Positions 39,001 through 49,680 of a stretch of DNA of 64,000 nucleotides are shown in pieces. Each line of letters begins with the position of its first letter. Within the stretch, counting starts at the first letter, position 1. The stretch is from contig NC_073404.1 in the NCBI RefSeq assembly GCF_028641065.1, positions 13,888,001 through 13,952,000 of the forward strand. The letters run 5' to 3'. Under the pieces are notes generated by a model that saw only the letters and a list, made by a program, of their open reading frames with translations, was not told the origin of the DNA and did no database searches. A program made the position numbers and the translations under genes. Source of the DNA: Leucoraja erinacea (Eukaryota).

Positions 39001-40661
39001 CCTTCTGGCACTGAACTCCTCAGCCAGTTTGACAAAGGGTCCTGAACCAAAATGTCACCTGTCCACGTCCTCCTAAAGATGCTGCCTGATCCTCTGAGTT
39101 ACTCCAGCACTGTGTGTTTTTTGTAAACAAGCATCTGAGGTTCCTTGTTTACCTGAAACCTACTACATGCCCTTGCCTGAAAGTCTTGTAAGTTTCAGTC
39201 ACATTTCCTGTCACTCTTATTAACTCTAGAGGGTCTGGTACCATTTTGGGTACTGGGCTTTGGCAATTTCAGTCCATGAGGACCATAATAATATTTAAAT
39301 AGTGGGTGCTGGTGCCATCTGCTGGACTATGACAGGACTGCAGAGATAACATCCAGCGCCAGGGTAGGTTGGCCTGTGAATCGGAGCCAGTTCAGCATTT
39401 TAAATAATACTCACCCAGATTTTCTTGTGGGGTCCTTTCACATTCCCAGACTGAAACTACAGACAAACCTCCCTCCACCATCCCCACACTACTATACTTT
39501 TAGTTACAGTCACCTCCAGGTCCTGCCTCATCATGATATATTTCAGGCCAGAGATTCCCTGGGGTTCTTGCAGGTACATTATTTCCAAGGTCATAGACTC
39601 GGTTCCATTGCTGGTTTTAGACAAGCACCTGAGAAAGTACACTGACGAGCTCTGCCGCCTCTTCCTTTGAATCCTGCAAACCCATCTTATCACCCAATGC
39701 AGCAAAAACATTGTCGAGGGAAATGGACAGATGACATTTCAGGTTGGGACCTTTCCTCAGACCAGACTGACCTGCTGAGTTCTTCCAGCATAGTCTGAAG
39801 AAGGGTCTCGACCCGAAACGTCACCCATTCCTTCTATCCAGAGATGCTGCTTGTCCCACTGAGTTACTCTAGCATTTTGTGTCTATCTTCGGTTTAAACC
39901 AGCATCTGCAGTTCCTTCCTACAGAGTTCTTCCAGCACTTTGTTTTCTGCTCAAGATGACAGTATCTGCAGTCTCTTGTGTCTTCATGGCACATTCTGGT
40001 CACTACTGCTCACCATTTGAACTTGCAACTGATCCTTTCCTTTCCCAGACCTTTAATTAAATGGAAAAGTGAGATTGTTTTACCTGAACCATGGTACAAA
40101 ATGAGTATGTGCACAAAAATGCATACACAGTCATAGACGCAGACATTCAGTCTTACATGTAGGTATACACACTCATGTATGTACATACACACCCATTCAT
40201 ACAGATTGTGTATTCATTGAAGATTTAGAGACACAATTATGACAATTTTTGTGTTGTTCCTGAGCTGCCATGATCCTGCTTTGTGTCAACTGTTATAAAA
40301 CCACTTGCGATCTCATGAGAAATGAATGAACTGATATGTAATGAGCCCATTTGCTGCCACAACCTGCTGTTACGTCTGAAGTATCCCAGACAAAAAGGTA
40401 CAGCATTTCCTGACTGGGGCTCCATTGTTACAAGTCAGGGCCAGTGTTAGGGAAACTCTCCGTGAAGTTCCACATCTGGAACTGAAAAAGTTAAAGTTAC
40501 TTCAGTCAGCTGAGCCGTGCTTCTGTGACCAGCATCTTTTCTTTTTCACTCTCTCCCTCCAGTGTAAGCAGATGTTTGGTGCCTTCCCTCCTGATGTTTT
40601 GGGGAATCTTGACTACAAAAGTCTCTGCTATGTCATCACTCATGGTGAAGAGAAGGACTAA
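36097..40661 (+). CDS. MYL10: Myosin regulatory light chain (MYL10 / MLC-2B cardiac-like), 7 exons, 166 aa
   Basis: Exons 36097-36099 (ATG|gt), 36212-36301, 36571-36646 ([25 protein letters not shown]), 36733-36837, 37399-37477 ([24 protein letters not shown]), 38400-38448, 40563-40661 (..[19 protein letters not shown]); total 501 nt. RLC family is certain. MYL10 rather than MYL2 is inferred from [19 protein letters not shown] and linkage to IFT22. Confidence 0.88.
36927..37176. mobile_element. PIF/Harbinger-like MITE in intron 4 of the RLC gene
   Basis: Long TIRs tgcccctgtcccacttaggaaacctgaac.. / ..gttcaggtttcctaagtgggacaggggca; flanks TGA/TAA; three internal 20-bp repeats (g/a)gttgccggaggttgcaggt. 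Confidence 0.8.
39791..39923 (+). mobile_element. Short Penelope-derived element with intact hammerhead-like motif, nested in an older copy
   Basis: 14-bp TSD gagttcttccagca (39777-39790, 39924-39937); motif at 39795-39822. Confidence 0.82.
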
Positions 40662-40896
40662 GAGCAAAGGAACTCTCCTTGCAAGATGAAGAATGGAGTT
40701 GGGGACCAAATAACTTTCCTTCCTAGCAATTAATGATTAGAAACTATCTCATTAAACCCTGGAATTCACCAATGACTTGTGGAACCATTGTGTTTTATAT
40801 GTTGACTTCCAATATTCTGATGTTGACTTGTGGTTCTGGCTATGTAATTTTTTTGTAACTTGGTTTACACTTTGGTCATAACTCCAGCTCCATTGT

Positions 40897-40902
40897 AATA
40901 AA
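40897..40902 (+). terminator. Probable polyadenylation signal of the MYL10-like gene
   Basis: AATAAA 236 nt after the stop codon, followed by T/GT-rich sequence. Confidence 0.55.
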
Positions 40903-41329
40903 TTTCTTCTGCTTGCACCATTCTTACCGTTGATTTATTCATGCTGGTGTCCTAACTACTTTAGGCTCATGTGTACATGTATTACGTGCTAATTTACTGT
41001 AAGGAGTAATCTGCATGATCTATGGATAGGGTTGGTGTAGACCAGGTGCCAGAACACACTTAGGATCCCAAGGCTGAAATTGAGGTACAATGGGCAGTGC
41101 GAAGGCTGTTGAACTGGGCTACAAACCAGATAGAGCTATAAAGCGTGAAAACAGGCTGTTTGGCCCAACCTTGTCCATGTCTACCAAGTTGTCATTCTGA
41201 GCTGGTCCCATTTACCTGCATTTGGCCCATCTATAGAATAATAGATGCTATGTTTAAATTCCACCAGGTCAGGTTATAAAGTTGAGGGCGAATAAATTTG
41301 GAAATTTGGAGTTTAGCATCAGGAAGGTA

Positions 41330-42100
41330 AATCATAATCAGTGGAAAATTGGGAAGAGTGCTGGCAAAGGGAACTTAGCTTTGGCAAGTGGGAAGTAATG
41401 TTTCCTTGAAGGTCAAACATGGGTAGGACATACAGAGTCAATGGAAGGGGCACGGGGAGTATACAAGCCCATGGAATTCCTGACAGTGACAACACAAGTA
41501 AATAGAGTGATGAAGAATCTTTTATCATCCAAGGCATCAGATGTAAGAGCAGGAATTTCTTGGTATAGCGTGTTAAAAACATTGGATAGGGCATGCTTGG
41601 AGAATTGTGTGCAGTTCTGTTTACCACGCAGAATGTAGGGAGGATATGATTACACTAGGCAGGGTGTGGAGGAGATTCCCATGATGTTGCTTAGGATGGA
41701 GTATTAAATTCTACGGAGAGACTGGATAGGCCGGGCTTGTTTTCCCTGGAGTAGAGGCTATCACCTGATAGAGGTGTGCAAAATTAAGAGGATAATTGAC
41801 ATGGTAGATTATAAGAATCTTTTTCCATTGGTGGGGGTGTCTAAACCAAAATAGCATAGAAATAAGGTGAGAGAGAAGAGATTTAGAGGGTTCTGAGGAG
41901 AATCTTTTCACACAGAGTGGTTGGAGTCTGGAACTCGTTGCCTGAGGAGATGGTAAAGGCAGATATTCTCATGACATTTAAGAAGCATCTAAACAAGCGC
42001 TTGAGGGCTGCAGACCAAATGTGGGTAAATAGGATCAGTATGTTTAAGTACAATGGTCAACATGGGCAGGTGGAAACACCTGTTTGTTGGTGCTGTACAA
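41330..42100 (+). mobile_element. Old CR1 LINE 3' fragment
   Basis: LENCVQF and VGVWNSLPEE motifs, heavily degenerate. Confidence 0.65.
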
Positions 42101-43344
42101 CCCTAGGACAAACATACCCAGTAGACAAAATTTATCTGAGACACTCAGCTATTCCACAGTATTCCTTGGATGAGTGGGATGTATCCAAGAGCGAGGATAG
42201 TTCCCAGAGAGTGCGGTGCGAGGCAGCCCCCTCCTCCATCCTGCACTTACCCATCTATCATCCTGCACTTACCCATCCTCCATTAGTGGTCCAGTGCCTC
42301 CCAACTGCCAAATTTAAGACTGAAGTCCCACCGTATACTATGTGTCACATGTTTACTGAGACATTAGCTGGGTTCCAGTTAGCTCTGTGAAATTGTTGAG
42401 TGCCATGCTAACAGCAATTTAAAACATCACTAAATATTTGCTAGATTGGGTGGAAAATTATTTGTAAGCGTGTGATTGTACTTCCTACTCTAAAAGGATC
42501 AGCGAGTTTCAGTACAGTTCCCAACATTCCTTTGCACCAGCTTGAACAATCCCTGCTGTGTAGAGCTTGCTGATCCAGCATCAAGCATTGCTCTTGTCCA
42601 CAAGCTGTATAAATGTTGTACCTGTCTGTCATTCTGTTCCATGTAGGACAATTGGGGAAAAATAAAGTTTGGGGCGCATAACCTGTTCTTTACAGCTGTG
42701 AGCACGAGGTTGTGTGGCTTGTATAATGACAGAGTTCTGGACCTTTCTGTGGATAACAAGGAACTTGGAGAAGGTGAGGGAAGATCTGGACATTGTCCAC
42801 CAATATCCATCAATAAAGACAGAACAAAGATGGAGATTTGTTGAAAGATAGTAGTAGAAAGGGTTCAAATTAAAAAGCTGAAACACAAAGGTAATAATTT
42901 ACCACTGAGCCACGTGACACAGAATTAATAAGAATTGAGGTAAATGCATGGTTCGTAGGTTGGTGTAGGCGAACTAGATTTCAATATCTGGCCCACTGGG
43001 ACTTGTACAGGGCACAGTTTGGTGGCGGTGGGCTTTAGTTAGATCCCAGTGAGAGCACTGTTTAGGCAAATTCAATCTCTGAGGCTGTAGTTAAGCCTTT
43101 AAAATAAATAGCTGGAGTTGGGACGGACAGTTAATTAAAGAAAAAGCTCAAGTCTACAGAGAGGTTTAGTGAAATGATTCATGATAACCAGTGTGGCCGG
43201 ATGGCACAGAGCAAACAAATATATGAAAATACCTTCAGTTAGAGGTAAAAGTGAATCAAAGCGTAAATATGGAAAGAAACACCATTTCCCATAAACAAGA
43301 GCCATTGCTCGATGACGGTTGGCACTTATTCTTTTCAATTACTA

Positions 43345-43503
43345 TGCCAAAATTTCTAAACACCTGTTTTCGCTTCTTCATTCTGGAGTATTGTGTGTAG
43401 ATTGATGATTTAAAAAAATGAATTTAAACCATTTAAAAATAAGACTGTAACGTAACAAAATGTAGAAAAACTGAAGGGGTCTGAATACTTCCTGAAAGCA
43501 CTG
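43345..43503. mobile_element. Tc1-like transposon terminal fragment
   Basis: Ends aaggggtctgaatacttcctgaaagcactg|TA, the inverse of a fish Tc1-type TIR (CAGTG..AAGTATTCAGACCCC). Confidence 0.65.
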
Positions 43504-45811
43504 TATTTGGTCACACAGGCATAGCATTTCCTTGGAGACCCTCTCAGTAGAATCTCTTTGAAGCCTTTCTTCAGTCAGAAGGTGGTGAATCTGTGAAATT
43601 CTGTGGAGGCCAAGTCAGTGGATATACAGTATTTAATGCAGAGATAGATAGATTCTTGATTAGTAAACATGTCAGAGGTTATAGGGAGAAGGCTGGAAAA
43701 AGGGGTTGGGAGGGAGAGATAGATCATCCATGATGAATAGCGGATTACATTTTGTGGGCCAAATGGCCTAATTCTTCTCCTATCACTTCTGATCTTATGA
43801 AGTCAAAGGATATCAAGTTTGATGTTCTCAAGAACAAAATAACAGCAAGTAATTCAATAAAATTACAGTGGCCACAATAACATCAATTACTTCAATATTT
43901 TAAGTCTGACAAATGGTTCTATTGAATTTAATGTTTCCATTGGGAGTGCACTGTAACTGATATGACACCTCTGAATGTTTAAACACCTTTGTTGGGCCAA
44001 AAGTAATTCATGTGGATAGTTGGAAAACATTTGAGGACAGTGAATCTAGAGTGTTGTGATGGCTGACTCTCTTGAATCTTAATAATCACAATTATTGATA
44101 GACAGCGCAAAGATGCTCTGGGCATATTTGATGTGCCAATAACAAAATAAATCTGGTTCTCACTTTATGTAATGCCTGCTATTCACATAATTCCGGAAAG
44201 ATGTCCCATCTTTAATAATCCCTGTCAAACCTATGGAATTCTCTACCCAAGAGGACAGCAAAAGCCCAGTCTATGAGCATATTGAAGGCATAGATCGATC
44301 GATTTTATGACAATGTAATATGGGATTATAATTTAGTAAAGGAATCTGGCATTGAAGTAAAAGTTCAGCCAGGATCTTCCTGAATGGCAAAGCAGATGAA
44401 AAGGACAAATGGGCTTCTCCTGCTTCTGTACCTTCTGTTGATAAGCTGGTTTTAACGGAAGACAACGGTGAGGCCACAGTGCTGACTTGCAATGTAATTG
44501 AATGCAGTCTTATGTTGGCTGCCTGTCCAAATGAATGACATTTGCCATTTCACACAGAAATGAGCACAGTCTACTCTGGGCAAATTTCTATTTTGCACAT
44601 GATCTACCTAGAACATAGATACTTTTTCTAGGCTTCTGATCATCCGGACCAGCCGCCAAAGGAGCCATGGACACATTCCTCTGCCTCCACCGCACATTTC
44701 TATGAACAGCAACCAGAGCAATGAGTCTAAGTCTCAGGAATTCTGGCCGGATGAGTAAGAGTCATATTTCTTTACTAACACCTGACTGAAAATAAATCAC
44801 ATCAGTCACCCCAGCTTTATTGTATTGCAATGGCCATAAACAGTGGGTTTGAATTGGCTCTCCCTGGGAGTAGACCTCTCCCAGTACCAGAAGGCATTAT
44901 TTTTGGAAGACTAAATGCAAATAGAAGGATTGTTAGGATTTCAGTTGCCAGCAGTCTCATATCTCAAGAGATCATTGGGAACCAACAATTCGGCCTGTTG
45001 AAATGCAGCCTAGATCAAGATTTTCAAGATCTGTTGCACATGATTAGGTCCCAGATCTTGCTCAGACTGATTCCCAACTGGAATTTCTCATGGGGCTGCC
45101 AAGAGACAACAAGGGCATGGACTTGCCAGTTGGCAACAAAACAAATGGAACCATCACTGAGAGCAATCTAAATGCAGAACGAGACAAGTCGTGGGTTGGG
45201 GATTGATTAACAGATGGACATGGAGAGTAGGAATAGTTGGGGTATGTTTGGATTGGGAAGCTGTCATAGTGAGCAGTTCACATCAAAGATTTGGGTTACT
45301 GTGATCTGTGGGGTGCCGGGTCCCACCGATCACTATATCTGATCGAGGCAGAATGTGTGAAGTTTGGTATCTTACAGGGCAAGCCCATCCTGACTTTTCT
45401 CTCCACCAACCTTTATGGGTATTGTGGTGTTTTGCCTGGCAGATTCATGGATCCATAGAAAATAGGTGCGGTAGGAGGACATTTGGCCCTTCGAGCCTGC
45501 ACCGCCATTCATTGTGATCATGGCTGCTCATTCACAATCAGTAACACTGTGCCGGCCTCCCCATATCCATTGATGTGACTGCAGCAGTGTGCTGTCAGAG
45601 CAACATCTTGTGTGCCAATCCAGTCCCCCCTGGAACTCACTATTCCCGACCAGTGGTGGATTGCAGCAGTGTACAATCCCAAATGTTCTGCCGAGGAAGA
45701 GGACCGAGAGAACGCTCCCATTCTCCCCAACATCTTGTGTGTAAGTACCATGCAGCCAGGTATGTTCAGTAACTCCTGCCACTCCCTTGCCTCAACAGAG
45801 AGATTTCTGAG

Positions 45812-46418
45812 TTGGAGCAAAGGTAGACACAAAATGCTGGAGTAACTCAGCGGATCAGGCAGCATCTCTGGAGAAAAGGAGTGGGTGGCGTTTCAGGTCA
45901 AGACCCTTCTTCAGGCTGATATCAGGGGAGTGGGCAGGCCAAAGATAGAATGTAGTCAGAATAAGATTGGTGGGAGAACTGCGGAGGGGGAGAGAGGGAA
46001 AACTAGGGCTATTTGAAGTTAGAGAAGCCAATATTCATACTGCTGGGGTGTAAGCTCTCCAAACAAAATATGAGGTGCGGTTCCTCCAATTTGCGCTCTG
46101 CCTCAATCTGACAATGGAGGAGGCCCAGAACAGAAAGGTCAGATTGGGAATGGGAGGGGGAGTTGAAGTGCTGAGCAACTGGGAGATCAGGTAGGTTAAG
46201 GCGAACTGAGCGGAGGTATTCCGCGAAACGATCGCCGAGCCTGCTCTTGGTCTCGCTGATGTACAGAAGTTGACACCCGGAACAGCAGATACAGTAAATG
46301 AGGTTGGAGGAGGTGCAAGTGAACCTCTGCCTCACCTGGAAAGACTGTACATCGGCGATACCAAGCGCAGGCTCGGCGAACATTTCGCTGAACACCTCCA
46401 CTCAGTCCGCCTTAACCT
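45812..46418 (-). mobile_element. Penelope-like element 3' end: GIY-YIG endonuclease, hammerhead-bearing tail and inverted 5' piece
   Basis: FTCTSSNLIYCICCSGCQLLYISETKSRLGDRFAEYLRSV..HFNS..MNIGF (GIY-YIG). Tail motif CTGAAGAAGGGTCTTGACCTGAAAC at 45914-45890. 46345-46418 is an inverted copy of 46192-46266. Confidence 0.9.
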
Positions 46419-47499
46419 TTTGCAAACAAACGGCTGCATTTCTTACATTCTACCAGCCTGAGTCAGAGACCAAAAACTGCCAGCTGGGCAGGGAATCCAA
46501 TGGGTACATTGGCAGATAATCCACCAATGGCTGCTGGGTGCATGGTACAAAGACAACAGCCAAAATATGTGAAATAACTTCCAGGAAATGTACAACACAT
46601 TGTTTGGACATTTAATTCATGTTGACACTCTGCTCAATAATGTCCATCTAAAAGGGGAACAATTAGTTCGAAGCTCATCCAATAGTGCTCCACTCCACCT
46701 TTTCCCAAACCGATGTTTTAAAATTAACGTGAGTTTTTGTTTCCCACACAGTGACATGTCTGACTGTATGAGGAGTGGGTCAGCTGCTGTGGAGAATCCC
46801 CCACTGATCCCTGGTTTAACTAAAAAAAGCTGTTGAAGTCAGTGCAGAGTGCTGAAAACCACACTGGTCTAAATACAATGCAGTTGACCCAGTTGCTAGA
46901 CAAAAGCAATATTGTTAGTACATTACTCATAACAGCTGCATTAAACTATTGTCTCCATCAAAGATCAACAGGTTTAGATGAGATCGCCGACTGGAAACAA
47001 TACAAAGGAATGCGATTCTGCTTCCATCCCCATCAATCATGTATGATGTCTTCCACACGTCCCCTCTGCAAAAGACTCTGAATGCTGTTAATACTGCTCT
47101 CAGGCTGATGAATTATACCATTGTGTAACAGAAGGGTGTTTGGCCCTGAGGGCCTATGCTGTCAGAAAGGCACTACCCAACCTAATCCTATGTCTCAGTG
47201 TGAGACACATAGCTCTACAGCATCCACGTGAGGAAGATATCTACCTCCACCTTGTCAGACCCTGAGTTCTAGACCCCACCACCCTTTGATTGGCTTTTCT
47301 TCATCTCTCCAACCATTCTTCCACTAAAAGTCCATAATAAAACAAAATATTCTACATACTCTTATACTCAGCAGTTCATACAACTTCTGTATAAAAGGCT
47401 GAGGGAAGATCATCCACTTTAATAATATTATATCTGTTTATCCTTCTACAGTTGCTGCCCGATCTGTTGAGCTTTTCCAGAATTTTTGTTTATATTTCA

Positions 47500-47900
47500 G
47501 TGTGCGCAGGTATCATCACTATACTGGGGTGATCATGTACGCATCCCCAGTGTTCTGGGTGAATGTGTGAGTATGTATCATGAGTGTTATGAGTGTGCTT
47601 CACCGTTTTTCTAGGTGAGTCTCCATCACCAACTTTCTGTGTGTATTTGTGAGTGTGCATCACCAATGTTCTTTTATGGAAGAATGTGTAACACGACTGA
47701 TTTGAGGTGTGAGTGTGAATCACCAATGTTATTGGTCTATCTGTGAGTGTGCACCGAATGTTCTGGGGTGAACATTTAAATCGGCATCATCAGCATTCTT
47801 AGCTAAAGCAAAAGTGTGCATTCCCCCTTGTACTGGGATAAGTGTGTGAGTGTGCAACAACCTTGTTATTGGGTGTGAGTGTGTGCACATCATCATTGTT
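47500..47900. repeat. Degenerate ~30-bp tandem repeat (gtgtgagtgtgcatcaccaatgttct)
   Basis: Recurrent gagtgtgca/tcacc/tgttct units. Confidence 0.55.
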
Positions 47901-47999
47901 TTAGTTTAAGTGTTGGGATGATTGACCTCAGCAACCACAACCATCTTCTTGTGTTCAAGCTATGATTCCAACCACTGATTTCAAACGGAAAAGAATGCA

Positions 48000-49352
48000 G
48001 GAAAGGTCGTGTTTAAACTAACAGGGCAGGGGGGTGGGACCCAATGCAAGGAGACAGGGGGCCATAAAAGGAGGACAAAAGCAAAAGGTAGAAGGGGGAA
48101 AGGAAAAACTAACCTGAAAGCTTTGTGCCTTAATGCGAGGAGCACTCAAAATAAGGTGGATGAATTGAATGCGCAAATTAGTAGTTAAGGGATATGATAT
48201 AGTTGGAATTACGGAGACAAGGTTTCAGAGTGACCAAGGCTGCAAGCTAAACATGCAGGGGTATTCTATATTCAGGAAGGATAGACAGAAAGGAAGAGGG
48301 GGTGCGGTGGCATTGCTGATTAAAGAGGAGATCAATGCAATAGCAAGGAGAGACATTAGCTTGGATGCTGTAGAATCGGTATGGGTAGAACTGTGAAATA
48401 GCCAAGGGCAGAAACCGCTTGTTGGAGTTGTACACAGACCATCAAACAGCAGTAGGGATGTTGGTGATAGCATCAAGCAGGAAATTAGGGATGTGTGTAG
48501 CAAAGGAGAAAGCGTTTATCATGGGTGATTTTAATCTACATACAGATTGGGCCAATCAAATTGGTAATAGTGCCTGGAATATATACGGGATGGGTTTTTA
48601 AACCAATATGTAGAGGAACCGAGCAGAGGGCAGGCCATCCTAGACTGGGTATTGTTTAATGAGGAAGGATTAGTTAGTGATCTTGTTGTGCAAGGCCCCT
48701 TGGGCAACAGTGACCATATGGTGGAATTCTGCATTAAGATGAAGAGTGACAAGGTTAATTCAGAGACTAAGGTCCTGAACTTGAATAAAGCAAATGATAC
48801 TTAAAGGGTTGACAGTGGAGATGCAATGGCAAAGATTTAAAGACCACATGGATGAACTCCAGAAATTGTTCATACTTGTCTGGCGAAAAAATAAAATTGA
48901 AGGTGGCTCAACCTTGGCTGATGAGTGAAGTCAAGGACAGCGTTAAATCCAAGGAAGAGGCATATAAATTGGCCAGAAGAAGCAGCAAACCAGAGGACTG
49001 GGAGAAATTTAGAACTCAACAGAGGAGGACAATGGGGTTAATTAAGAGGTTGGGGGGGGGGGGGAGAGCATGAAGGAAAGCTTGCAGGGAATATAAAAAC
49101 TGACTGTAAAAGTTTCATTAGGTATGTAAAAATGAAAAGATTAGTGATGACGAATGTAGGTCCCTTACAGTCAGACAAAGGTGAATTTATATTGGGAAAC
49201 AAAGAAATGGAAGAACAGTTAAACAAGTACTTTGGTTCTGTATTCACTAAGGAAGACATAAAATAATCTCCCGAAAATACTAGGGGACCGAGGATCTAGT
49301 GGTAGGGAGGAACTGAAGGGAATCCACATTATTCAGAAAATGGTGTTAGGTA
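48000..49352 (+). mobile_element. CR1 LINE fragment (APE endonuclease and linker), ending at the IFT22 promoter
   Basis: YDIVGITET, FRKDRQKGRGGAVALL, MGDFNL, ILDWVL, LGNSDH motifs, with stops and frameshifts. Confidence 0.88.
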
Positions 49353-49369
49353 AATCTCTTGTATCCAAA

Positions 49370-49680
49370 TCTTTGCCCACGGGGGCGAGTGCGATCGCGC
49401 GTGCGCGGTCGGGGGGCGTGTCTACGTTGTGTCGACCAACCGCAGGCGGTGCGAGCTCGCCCGCTGTCAGCGCGCGACGTGACGAGCGGCAGCCCGAAGT
49501 CCCGCCCCCTTCCCCTGGAGCAGGGACCTGCGGCCCGGGTCGTCTCCATGGTGACGGGAGTCGGCGGTCAAGCCAGCCATGTTTAATGCGAAGCTGCTCC
49601 TGGTGGGGCCGAGCGAGGTCAGTTGGCGATAAACGCAGGTCCGGTGGAGCTCCGAGGTTGATGGTGACTAGACATCGGGT
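49370..49680 (+). promoter_or_regulatory. Short CpG-island promoter of IFT22
   Basis: CpG-rich patch around exon 1; GC box cccgcccc ~49501; X-box/RFX-like GTCTCCATGGTGAC 49542-49555, typical of ciliary genes. Confidence 0.65.

Noticed and set aside
44640-44760. Minus-strand LIRP resembling the COL26A1 EMI domain
   Set aside because: Only four residues match; the EMI cysteines are missing.
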